52,166 nucleotides of DNA from Chiloscyllium plagiosum (Eukaryota). The notes beneath the pieces are model-generated. The model was not told the DNA's origin. It did not search any database and saw only the letters and a program-made list of their open reading frames with translations. The translations under genes and the position numbers were made by a program. Location of the stretch: assembly GCF_004010195.1 (NCBI RefSeq), contig NC_057721.1, positions 8,434,475 to 8,486,640 of the forward strand, given 5' to 3'. This document shows, in pieces, positions 1 to 13,134 of the stretch; position 1 is the stretch's first letter; each line of letters starts with the position of its first letter.

Positions 1-2716
1 ACAAAATGATAGTTTTGTTGCTATTTACATATTTATTAATTAATTTAAAATTTCTTAAAAACAAATGTCTCCCAAAGCACAAAGTCTTTGGTTTACTAGC
101 CAAATGTCATTCGCCATTATGGCACCATCATAAAAGCTTAAGTTATTTTGTGTAAAATAGAAGACTGTGTGCCTTACAGTTTAAAAGCTTAAATTATCTT
201 GTGTGCTCATTGAACTTATAAGCTAGTTACCCATCTCATTCTCTACTCAAATAGTATAGAGTTACTATTTACGTTTGTGCTTTTCTCTTACCTTCATCTG
301 TTCCTTTTCAAATGCTGTTCTTGTGAAACAGTTTTCAGTGCCTCCGAAAGGTCCACACAAACTTTAGCATGTTGTTCTCTCTACAGATGCTGATATGATT
401 TCCTTATTGTCTATTTTAGTTTCAGATTTACAAGCATTTTGTTTTCTGTTGTTCATGGTTTTTGGGCTTTGACACACCAGAAACAGTGATAACACCTTAA
501 GTACATCAATTCTGCCAGGAGCAATTGTTTATTTCTTTTCCTAAGGTACCACATTTCACTACCACATTGTTGCACTAAACTTTCAGATGTGATTTCCAAT
601 TCATAAGAATATGATAACTGTATACAAATTACTCATTTTCTCCTGAAGGTAAACTGAGCACCTTCCATGTGTCTGGATACATAAAACTTTTATTGTACTT
701 GCTTTATTTGTCAGTACCAAGTATGGAAAATTGGAATTAACAATAACTAACTAGATCAGTGGTAAAGCTCAGGTCATTCTGAGAGCACCCATTGGAATTA
801 GTTTCTGCTGTTTGTCCTATCCTACATTTCCCATCTTAAATTATTCTGAAATGTGACTGTTCTAAGTGGCTGACATTTTGAAACAGTCTGAATAATTGTA
901 CTAAATTTAAATCTCACTAATTCACAAAAGGTATTTTCAAACAGTATCTAGGATGAAAATCTGTGTGGCAGGGTGAACTTGTTCACTAAAATTCAAGCAT
1001 TAAGATACAATCCAACATCGATTCCCTTCAAATTTTTTGCCCTTAGGCAAAAATTGTGTTTGAGCCAGGTGTGTTTTAATGTTCCCAATGGGGTGCTCCT
1101 TAGACTGTCAAATCACTCTCTTAAGTACAACTGTCGTCATCATGTTTATGCTGAGATCATAAAAGCAGCTGGAAAACTGAGCACATTAGTACTGGTGACC
1201 TGGAAAAGCAGTGGTCTCATACAGAAGGGTAAGTAACAAGCCGGGTTTGACGAATGAATCAAGCCTTTGTGTATAATAAACATCGGTCATTATCACAGAA
1301 GTGTCTCCGTACATTGTGCTGCTCATGCTAGACTGCTAGGATTCTGTGACCTTCTGTATTTCTTTGTGCCTACTTGGCTTAAAACACTAAGCAGGTAGAG
1401 TATCCATATTTCCTTTTTGTGGTTAGAAACATAGCTAATTGAGACATCATTTTATGTGTGGAGAAAGCAGTAAGGACTTTGTAATACTACATAATTATCT
1501 GCAGATTTAAATGGCATGCACAGGAGATTAAATCAGGCAGTTTTCCCTTAAAAATGCAGCAAGGTAACACACACTGTGCAGTGTATTGAATAACAAGTTG
1601 AGACAGTTAAATATCCATCTTGATCCAGAAAGAGTAGCAGAAAAATTGGAAATAGATTTGTGCTTGGAATATTTTAGAATTCATATCCACTAACTAGCCT
1701 TTGAAGCCAGTACAAAATATGTCTTTTCTGCCAATTTGTGCACAAACATATCCCTTCTGCAGATCCAGTAAAAAGTAAGATGTTTGCGCGCAAATGTAGG
1801 ACAGCAAGAAAAGCCAGGTCTCTGAACTACAAAAGGAATAATCGTAGCAGCTTTGCTTGTGTTCTAGCGCAGTGCACCAATATCTGAAAAGAAGTCCAGA
1901 AGTTTTTTTTTTAAAAAAGTAACAACTTGTAGTGTTTAATAATAATATACTTGTAGCCCAAATAAATCCACAAAGCAAGTTTGTTTGTAACTGGCACTAC
2001 TTGAATGGCCTTTTGAAAACAGATTGAATTCATTTTAAAATGAATTCAATCTCACAAGTACAGTAATGTTTGTGGTAATTTTCTTCCCTACAAGTCATTG
2101 ATAATAAGACTTAATACCAGGTAAACAAACTAACATATTCCCAATATGTTGGAAAGAAATATGTGACAGGAGTTGCAAGAGTACAGTTTAAAGTGAGAAA
2201 TTCTTACATTTACAAGATATCATCAAAACCCACTAACAAAAGTGGACCCTGGGCATTCTATCCATAGAATCTTTTCAAACTTCAATTAAAAAGTAAGGAA
2301 CTTATAGTCCAGGCCATGTCACAATTTTTTCTCAAAGTTTAACAGAAATTTGGATCCCAAATTCAAAATGAGAGTCATTATCTCACAATTACCAAAATAA
2401 GGAACAACTCCATTCTCTAGACAGTAATTTAGTAAAAACCATATACATGATAATATTTTAACATTTACTTGCTGCACAATTGATCAGAAATTTACATCCA
2501 GGAAATGAACTGCAGCCAAGAAATGAGCTACAATTGTAGTCCAGAATGTTCAAAACCGCTGTTGAAACTTGATGAACATCCCATTGCTCACAAATCACAC
2601 TGGCAATAGTATAAGTTAGAGATGAGCAAGTTCGAATATTCCAAAGTTGGATCAATTTCCCATTGAAAATGAAGTTTTCTCATATATTGTCACAGGAAAA
2701 GATCTACCTCATCCGT

Positions 2717-2857
<141 letters not shown>

Positions 2858-2894
2858 CTACACACAAAAGAAGAAATTTCATGTTAATATTTCT

Positions 2895-3035
2895 TGGGGT
2901 GGGTGGGTGGGAAGGAAGGAGAGAAGGAAAGGGGAATGGAAAGAGGGAAAGTGAGGTGGGGAGTGGGGAAGGTGAGACAGGGAAGGAGGGAGGAGAAGTT
3001 GGGGAGTGGGGAAATGGGCCAGAGGTAGAAGGTAG
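2895..3035 (+). repeat. Purine/G-rich low-complexity tract in the last RCBTB1 intron
   Basis: GGGGTGGGTGGGTGGG and many GGG/GGA runs. Confidence 0.8.
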
Positions 3036-3159
3036 ATAAAGATGTCAGTGTCCAGTACACAGCAGATTCTAACAACTCTGGTGCAAATTAAGAGTTCATA
3101 GAAAACTGTTTCACAGTCATTGTTAGAACAATCAATTAATCAATCATAATATCAGATTA

Positions 3160-3366
<207 letters not shown>

Positions 3367-3599
3367 TCAAACAAAAACAGAACTTTAAAAGCCAATGCAA
3401 GTGAAATCAAATTGTACGATACTACCTTGTTAGGTCAAATATTAAATGTCACTTCCATGTTAACAAGTTGAACAACAATCATAACACTCATTCCTACCAA
3501 CCCAGTTGCATAGGAAAGAGGAGACAGTGAAACAACTTTCTTACTTAGTAAGAAATGACAAATATAACCAGTTACAGCAATTTAAATGGGCAAACAATA

Positions 3600-5050
3600 A
3601 AAAGCCTCACATTCAAGTGATCGTACTACTATCTCAACGCCATGAGCCCTGAGATTGTGGAAGTGCATGTATGCAAATGCAGAATACTCACTTGGGCAAA
3701 TCTGGGTGTTAAATATCCTGGTTACAAAGTGTTCAAATAAGATAGGAGGGCAATTTGGCATGGCATTTTTGTTCAAGAAGAGCACTTCAGTACTGGAGAA
3801 AGGATGTTCCAGGAAAGGATCCATTTAGCTACATCTCAGAATTAAAAAGGAAATTATGACAAGCTGCAAAGACTAACAGGGAACTTTAACTGGGATAGTG
3901 GTTATGAAAAGGACAGCTAGAAACAAGTATTATTGATTGCATTCAGAACAACAGCCTACCGGTATCAGAGGGCTGAAGAGAGTCAGGCTCTTGATGTGAA
4001 GTACATAAAGCATTTGATACTGTGCCATACAGACTTGAAAAATGTTACAGGAAATGGAATAAAGGGACAAAAGCAACAAGGATACTAAACAGCAAAGGTT
4101 AATAGGAATAGTTCAGGCTGGAGGAAATGTTTAGTGGAGTATGCCAATTGGGATGTTTATTTTTCCTGTTGTATATAGTTATCTAGATCCTGTTATGTAA
4201 GGGACAAGTTTGCAGATTACACAAATTCTGAGAGAACTGGAAAAAGAACAAGGGAGAACTTCAAAAGACATTAATAGGGTGATGAAGAGAGCTGATGATG
4301 GCAGATGAAAGTTGATTTGGAGAAGTGTGAGATGATTTTTTTGGTACAAAGAACATGGTAAGATAGTATAAAAGGGTACCATTCCAAAGAGCATGTAAAA
4401 GCAAAAAGATCTGAGTGTATATGTGCATAGGTCACTAAAGGTGTCAAGCATGTAGAGCTGGTAAAACATTCAGTAGTCTAGGCTTTATTAATTGGGACAT
4501 GATACAAAAACAGTGAGGTTATGCTGAGTTTATATGGTGGAGTAGTGTGTACAATTCTGGGTACCACACTTCAGAAAGGATGTGAATTGAGTGGAGAAGG
4601 TGGATAAGTGACTTATGAGAATGGTTCCAGGAATGACAAACTTCATACATGAGGTAAAGTTGCAGAAATTGCACTCCTTTCCTTGGTGAAAAGGTTTAGG
4701 GAAGATTTGAGATGTTTTCAGAATCATGAGGGGTCTGGACAGAGTCGGTAGGAAGAAGCTGTTCCTGCTGTTAAAAGGATCAAAAGCTAGAAGGCACTGT
4801 TTTACAGTGTTAAGCCAATGTGAGCTGAGAAAAAACATTTCACACAGTAAGTAATTAGGATCTGGTACGCCCTGCCTGAAAATATGGTGGAATCAACTTG
4901 AATCGAGGCATTTAAGAGGACATTAGATGATTATTTAATTAGAAATATTGCACAGAGTTACAGGAAAAGGGAGGAGATTGGCGCTTATTCAAAACACTCA
5001 GATCTGGCACAGACATTAATGGTCTAACAGCCTCCTGCATGTAGGAACAT
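3600..5050 (+). mobile_element. Decayed CR1-type LINE fragment
   Basis: Remnants of RT C-terminal motifs (KFAD, VQFW.P...KD) and a CR1-like 3' end. Confidence 0.75.
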
Positions 5051-5554
5051 GCTGCAATTCCAGAAACTGTATAACAGAATAATTCCAAATATAAGATGCA
5101 TTAAAGGTTAAAGGGAAAAAATTTCAACATCTCAAGTGTAAAGAAGCAACATTTAAGAATTGGTTGGAAACGGTAAATCCAGAACAAAAAAATATGAAAT
5201 GGCACCGTGGCGCAGTTGTTAGCATGGCTGCAACTGACAAATTGTTTGATAAATTATCAATCTGATTAGAATGACTGTCCTCAGTGAATTTCCTGTATTA
5301 TGAAGGTGCCGGTGTTGGACTGGGGTGGACAAGAGTTAAAAATCACAACACCGGGTTATGTCCAACAGGTTTATTCGAAACTACAAATTTTCCTTCCCTG
5401 CTCCTTCCTCAGGCAGCTAGTGAGTGAGGAAATGTCCGACACAGAATTTATAGTGAAAATATCAAAGGGTCAGACGACTTACATATTGAACAAACCAAGA
5501 TGGCTATTAAGTCTTTGTTAAAAATCACACAACACTAGGTTATAGTCCAACACT

Positions 5555-8200
5555 TGGTTAAGAGAAGGGCTGGACTGGTAGATCAACGTTCCAGGTGTGA
5601 AAGAGGGAGGATGTGAAATGGATGGAGGAGTTCCATTACTGATTGAAAATGTCACAATTGCACTAAGAGAGGACATCATGAAGGGCTCATCCAGATATGC
5701 ATACAGATCATGGAAAGATGTAAAGACAACACAGTTGTTGTTGTAGGTGATTTTAACTTTCCCAAAATTGACTGGGACTGCCTTTGGGCTTGGGCTTACA
5801 TGAGTCAGAATTTGTGATATACATTTACTAAGGTTTCTATAAACAATATGTAGTCTAAATAAGGAAGGGGCTGGACAAGACCTTGTACTGGGAAATGAGC
5901 AATTTGGAAACTGTGATCATAATTCCATAAGGTTTAAGATAGTTATAAGGATAAGATTGGTCCTCAGGTGACAGTGCTAAATTGGGAAAGGATAATTACA
6001 ACAATTATTTCGCAGGAACTGGAGAAATTAGATTGGGGCGGCTATTTGAGGTAAATCCATATCTGATGTGTTGGAGTCTGTTAAAGGCCCGTTGATCAGA
6101 GTTCGGGACCAGCATGTTCCTGTGAGGATGAAAGGACAGGGATAAAAAGAGATATTGAAAGTTCAGTCAAATATTAAAAGGAAGCATATGTAAGATTTAG
6201 GAAACTGAGATCAGACAAAGCCCTTGAGGAATATAAAGGAAGCATGAAAAAACTTAATTCCTTGTTTAAGAGAGCTAATAGGGACTATGAAATGCCTTTG
6301 GTAGGTTCGATTAGGAGAATCCCATAGCATTAAAATGTATATTAGGAGCAAGAGGGTAGCTAGGGAAAGGGATGGTCCTGTCATAGAATCCCTACAGTGT
6401 GAAAATAGGCCATTTGGCCCAACAAATCCACACCAACCCTACGAAGAGTAACCCACCCCAGACCCATTCCCCTATTACTCTACATTTCCTCTGACTAATG
6501 CACCTAGCCTACATATCTCTGAACACTATGGGCAATTTAGCTTAGCCAATTCATCTAACCTGCACATCTTTGGACCATGGGAGGAAACCCGGAGGAAAGT
6601 CATGCAGACACAGGCAGAATGCGCAAACTCCACACAGTCACTCGAGACTGGAATTGAACTCAGAACCCTGGCACTGTGAGACTGCAGTGCTAACAACCGA
6701 GCCTCCAAAAGAGGAACGTGTGTGTGGTGTCCGAGGAAGTGGATGAGGTCTTTAAATGAGTCCTTCGCATCAGTATTCAGAGAGAAGAGCATGATTAGGG
6801 AGAGTTATGTTGATTTTCTACAGCATGCTCATTTTAAGGTGGTGTTGGGTGTCTTGAAAATTGGTAAAGAATACCAATTCTGTTCCTTTCTTTAAGAAAG
6901 GCAACAGGATAATCCAAGAAATTATAGGCCAATAAGCCTTACATCAGTAGTAGGAAAATTATTGGAGACTATTCTTAGGGATAGGATTTACTAGTATTTG
7001 GAAAAGAATGTGTGGGAGAGGTCTTGTCTCACAAATTTAATTGAGATTTTTTGAGGAAGTGACAAAGATTGATGAGGGTAGGGAAATTGATTTTGTTCTA
7101 CACGACTTTACAAAAGCATTTGACAAGGTCCCTTGACAGGCTGGTCCAGAAGATTAAGTCATGTGGGATCTACAGTGAGTCAGTAATCTGGATACAAAAT
7201 TGGCTTGGTCATAGAAGACAGTAGTTATGGAGGAGTGTTTTTCTGAATATAGGTCTGTGACCAGTGGTATTCTGCAAGGATCACTGCTGGGACCTCTGTT
7301 GTTTGTAACATATATAAAAATGACTTGGATGAAAATATAGATGGTGTGTTTAGTAAGTTTTCAGACAACACAAAACTTGTAGAGTTGTGGATACTGAGGA
7401 GGGTTATCAAAAGGATACAGCAGGTTATCAATCAGTTGGAAAGTTCAGCGAAGAAATGGCAGATGAAGTTTAATCTGGAAATGTGTAAGGTGATGCATTG
7501 TCAGAGGTCAATTGCAGCAGAAATGTATACAGAAAATGGCAGGACCCTTAGGAGCATTTATAGACAGCAAACTTTTAGGGTGCAAGTACATGGCTCGCTG
7601 AAAGTGGCAACACAAGCGGATAAGGTGGTAAAGAAGACACACGGTATGCTTGCCTTCATCGATTGAGGCATTGAGTATAAAAGTTGACAAGTCATGTTAC
7701 AGATTAACTTTAGAATGGTGAACAAAAAAGGGTTACCAGCACTGTGCCTGGATTGGAGTGTACGTGCTATAAGAAGAGGTTGGATAAATTTGTAATGTTT
7801 TTGCTAAAGCATTGGGAGATTGAGGGGCAACCTGATACAAATACATAAAATTATGAGAGGCATGGATAGGGTGGATTGTCAGTCTTTTTCCCTGGGTAAA
7901 AATGTCAAATACTAGAGGGTCTAAATTTAAGGTGAGAGTGAAAGCTTAAAGGAGACAGCAGGTTTTTTTTTAAATGCAGAGGGTGGTAGGTGCCTGCACC
8001 ACACCACCAAGGGATGTAGTAAAAGGAGATAGAATGGCAATGTTTAACAGCCATTTGGAAAGACACATGAACAGGCAGGAATAGAAGAATAAGCACCTAA
8101 TACTGGCAGGTGGGAGTAGTTTAGAATGACATCATGGTCAGCACAGACCTGGTGGCCAAATGGCCTGTTTCTGTGCTGTATTATTTAGTGTTCTATGCTC
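5555..8200 (+). mobile_element. Decayed CR1-type LINE (endonuclease and RT remnants), interrupted by a SINE
   Basis: VVGDFNFP, NYRPISLTS, KAFDKV, SKFSDNTK, WQMKFN motifs with stops and frameshifts. Confidence 0.85.
6383..6705 (-). mobile_element. HE1/V-SINE-like tRNA-derived SINE
   Basis: Same family as the copies at 10988, 38486 and 43027. Confidence 0.8.
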
Positions 8201-8641
8201 TAGTACTGAGAAAATGCAGAATTGCTGCTTTTTGGATTACACGAAGGTTCTACCTGTCAACTGTTCAGATGGAGGTAAAGAGAACAGAACATTAAACAAT
8301 GTACTCATCATCATTTTTCCACCTAAGAGCAGATTAACTGGATGCTCCTTGAATTTGCTATGCAATTTAGGATTTTGCCATGTGCAAATTTAACACAGGA
8401 AACAGGACTAACCATTCAGCTAGATCACCGGCGATAGGTAAACAAATTGCAGCCTTTCCCCCACATTCCTTGATACCTCTGGCTAACAATAATTTGTAAT
8501 CTCCAATTTAATATCACCACTTATCATTTTTGGAAAAGTCATCCAAATTTCTATCAACCTTGACATGTTGAACTGTTTTCATAATCTTATTCCTAAAAAT
8601 AAAGGGCTTTAATCTTTAGACATCCATCCCATCATCCAAAC

Positions 8642-9680
8642 TACCATATATACTCATGTAAAAGTCAAACTTTTTAGACTATTTTTTAAGGTTACATTCA
8701 TGGGGTCGACTATTACATAGACTTTGAGGGGCTGAAATTCATGCTACAGTCCAAAATATCATATCATTAGTATTATTTTTGGTTCACAGTTTGTTTCTCT
8801 GGCATGTCAAGAGTAATGGGTACTTCATCCATGTTTCTAATGCATGCAGCCTTCCTTCTGTCAATTTCTGATAACAAACCAGTGAAACTTTATTAACTTA
8901 TTTTCTAGTTCAGCAAGCAACTGTGCAGTGTTAGTTCTCTGCTGAAGTACTAAATCATGCCTTCTCATGAACCTTGTCCAGCACTTGCCCTAAAATGTGA
9001 AATTCCATCCTTTTTTGGTGTGTTTTGTGCATGGATTTGGATGGTTTCACGACTAACATATTTTCTATTTTGAAGATTTTCAAGTACACACTCAGCAACG
9101 TTTTTCTCCAAATGTGGCCACTTGATAAGTTTAGCTCTGTGGGCACACTTTCATTTTGGCATTGTCTGAAGTTGGTTTGATAGCTTTCTCCAGCCACTCA
9201 GGTTTCTCCGAAACACACAATTCTCTTGCTGCTAGACAATTATTTGTCTTCTCTGCAACTTCAATAACTTTCAGTTTAAACTCTACTGTATATTGTGTGT
9301 GTTTTGGAGGGCATTTTTACACAAAATAATGAAGTTTCAAAACCTCAACTAAGTATATTTCACGAATGCTCCAGGGGAATTGAGCTCAGCTGAGCTGTAC
9401 ACAAAGGGAAGTTGTCACCCGACTCTGACCTGATGCATCTTAAACTTTCAAGACAAATTGGTGTGAATTGTACATCAAAACATATAATAGCATGAAAAAA
9501 AAAATTCATTCCCTCATTGTAACATTTATGTACAGGATAATACTTTGACTCACAATTGTGATCTGTTATCTGTGAAGAATTAGGGTTGACTTTTAGACAA
9601 GAAATATGGAAAATTCCAGTTCTTTTGGCCAAAAATAGAGGGTCAACTTTTACGTTTTACGTGAGTACAGGTATATGGTA
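8642..9680 (-). mobile_element. Decayed pogo/Tigger-type DNA transposon
   Basis: TACCATATATACTC...TATATGGTA inverted ends with TA; internal GWTRFMRR..L.LQQRT..AQ-like CENP-B HTH remnant on the minus strand. Confidence 0.65.
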
Positions 9681-9948
9681 TTAATAAACGTGGTGAATTG
9701 CCTTGGCCCCAACACATCAGTCACATGTACTCAATGTTAATTATCTCTACTTTGTCTCCAGCTACACATGCAATTTGCTAATCAGGTCAATAAAGTGTGT
9801 AGTATTTCACAAGTTTCAGCTTTAACATTTCTAAGGAACTTTACCAAATTACATTTGGAAATCCAGATTAACAACTCTGCAAACATTTTCCTGTCTACTA
9901 CTTTAAACATCTTTCAATCAGCTTCAGTCAGGCACGACTTACCCATTA

Positions 9949-10186
9949 AGTAAAAACGAGGACTGCAGATGCTGGAAACCAGAGTCTGGATTAGAGTGGT
10001 GCTGGAAAAGCACAGCAGGTCAGGCAGCATCCAAGGAGCAGGAAAAATCGACGTTTCGGGCAAAAGCCCTTCATCCGGAATAAAGCTCTATTCCTGATGA
10101 AGGGCTTTTGCCCGAAACGTCGATGTTCCTGCTCCTTGGATGCTGCCTGACCTGCTGTGCTTTTCCAGCACCACCCTAATCCAGAT
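9949..10186. mobile_element. Palindromic Penelope-derived mini-element with 15-bp target-site duplication
   Basis: ~97-bp inverted arms; ACGACTTACCCATTA at 9934-9948 and 10187-10201; sequence shared with the termini of the element at 24113-25540. Confidence 0.85.
10094..10121 (+). ncRNA. Minimal hammerhead ribozyme-like motif
   Basis: CTGATGA-A-GGGC-TTTT-GCCC-GAAACGTC: conserved core boxes around a perfect 4-bp stem II. Confidence 0.65.
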
Positions 10187-10723
10187 ACGACTTACCCATT
10201 ATAAATCCATGCTGAAAATGTTCAATCACTTACAGCCTCTACATATCCTTTGTCATTAGATGTTAGCCTGACTGATCATGATTCACTGGTTTCTTTCTCC
10301 CTCCTTAAATAGTAGTGACATGCACAATTTTCCCAATCTAAAAGGTATGGCTCTTGAATCAAGAGACTTTGAAAGATTACAGTTACAGCTTACTACATTT
10401 AAATATTCTAGGTTGGAAACCATCTGATCCTGAGGTATTTCTCAATCTCTAGTGCTACTGTTTTTGTTGTTATTGTTATCTTTTCTTACCCTAGATTTTC
10501 TCTTTCATCATTAAAGGAGCATGCGTCAGAACGAGTTGTCAATCAGAATCTACTGTGCAGGTTTAGTGACCTACCATTAGGATAACAACAGCAATGAAAA
10601 GTAAGACTGTCAGCAATTCAAACAAGGAACTTCTCTATATTTGAAGAAATAATAGTAACCATAAGCAGGTGAACAGCAGATATGCAGTGATATCAATCCA
10701 CAGACTGACCTTTATGCACAAAT

Positions 10724-10935
10724 TGCTGAAAAATGTGTTGCTGGAAAAGCGCAGCAGGTCAGGCAGCATCCAAGGAGCAGGAGAATCGACGTTTCGGGCA
10801 TAAGGAATCCTGAAAAAGGGCTTATGCCCGAAACGTCGATTCTCCTGTTCCTTGGATGCTGCCTGACCTGCTGCGCTTTTCCAGCAACACATTTTTCAGC
10901 TCTGATCTCCAGCATCTGCAGTCCTCACCTTCTCA
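10724..10935. mobile_element. Palindromic Penelope-derived mini-element with 16-bp target-site duplication
   Basis: Inverted arms; ACCTTTATGCACAAAT at 10708-10723 and 10936-10951. Confidence 0.85.
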
Positions 10936-10987
10936 ACCTTTATGCACAAATAGTCAACCTCAGGCAGTAGATTAGACTTTTTTTTTT

Positions 10988-11304
10988 AAGATTAGACTCC
11001 CTACAGTCTGGAAACAGGTCATTTGGCCCAACAAGTCCACACCGACCCTCAGAAGAGGGTCTCACCCAAACCCATTCCCCTATATTTACCCCTCTAATGC
11101 ACCTAACACTATGGGCAACTTAGTATTGCCAATTCACCTGATCTGCACATCTTTGGATTGTGGGAGGAAACCGGAGCACCCAGAGGAAACCCACGCAGAC
11201 ATGGGGAGAATGTGCAAACTCCACACAGACAGTGGCCTGGAATCGAACCCGGATCCCTGGCGCTGTGAGGCAGCAGTGCTAACTATTGAGCCACCGTGCC
11301 GCCC
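10988..11304 (-). mobile_element. HE1/V-SINE-like SINE
   Basis: tRNA-like head (GGGCGGCACGGTGGCTC..AGCACTGCTGCCTCACAGCGCCAGGG), V-domain core, TCTAA tail. Confidence 0.85.
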
Positions 11305-11694
11305 TGTAGAGTACTTTTTTTAAAATCTACTACCCAAGGAGATGAAACAGTGTTTGAGTTTTCACTTGGGAAACTCTGTACTTCATGGGAGAAAACTCAT
11401 CTATACATCCTATACAAAAATGTCAACATTTTGGTTCCAGTCTTAAGTGCAATACTAAGGGAGTGCTGCACATTCACAAACCATGTTTTTAAAATATTGA
11501 TTAAATTGAATTTGATGACAATTATATGATCCTTGTGTGTGCAACTGGACAATTATACTCCATTTCAAAATGTACTGTTGGCAACCATATGTCCTAGAGC
11601 ACTCCCAAAACAAAAAAAAACAAAGGCAAAGTGATGGTAATGGCTCAATGTATGGCAGAAATCGGTGAGCAAATGATCTGTCCTTGCTGTATCA

Positions 11695-11961
<267 letters not shown>

Positions 11962-11996
11962 TCATTTTTATTAAATTTGATTCCCAGAAAATACTA

Positions 11997-12164
<168 letters not shown>

Positions 12165-12894
12165 TCAAGTGGTAAAAGCAGTTGTTCTGGAACACACAAA
12201 CGTCCTAACCAGATAAATTGTGCCATTGACAGGTTCAATCAGAGGACATGCTACCTGTTTTGGGGCTTCCAGTTGTACTGAAAATTCATCTTGGAACGAA
12301 AGTTACGTTACATGGAGATGGAGTGCAGGGATAGGGAAAACATTGTTAACATGTGTAAACAACTACTGGAAAAGGAAGAAACAGAAATCGGAAACCTAAT
12401 TGCTACTGTCGATTTTAAATTATATCTATAATATAATTAGTGTGAATAAGAACAGTCAATAACCATTGGACACAGATTTAAGAAAATTAGCAAAAGAATT
12501 AAAGTGGGAGAAGAGACACAAAAATATTTACTGCAATCAGTGGTGGTGGTTTGGAATGCACCACAAAGTGCACAAGAAGCAGATTCAACTGCAGTTTTCA
12601 GAAGCAAATTGGATATTTACTTGAAAAAGGAAAAAAATATACAGAGCTACAGTAAGCAATAGGGGAAAATGGCATTAATTAGATAGCTCTTCTAACTAAC
12701 AGGGACAACAGGCTGAATAACCTCTTTCTCTGCTGCAAGATTCTGTGATTTAATTAACAATCGAAATAGTCATTTGCTTATAGTAATTCAAAAATATTGT
12801 TACTAGAACAAAAATAAAATGCAAGTTCAAGAGATAACTCAGTTAGTTTACACTTCAAATTAAATCATGTCAGTTTTTTGTGTGTGGACAATCA

Positions 12895-13134
<240 letters not shown>

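Noticed and set aside
973-1236. 87-aa ORF ending at a GGTAAGT donor-like site
   Set aside because: No recognisable similarity to PHF11/SETDB2 or other proteins; probably RCBTB1 3'UTR or intergenic
1-2716. Poly(A) signal for RCBTB1
   Set aside because: Several TTTATT candidates in AT-rich DNA; none can be chosen without transcript data
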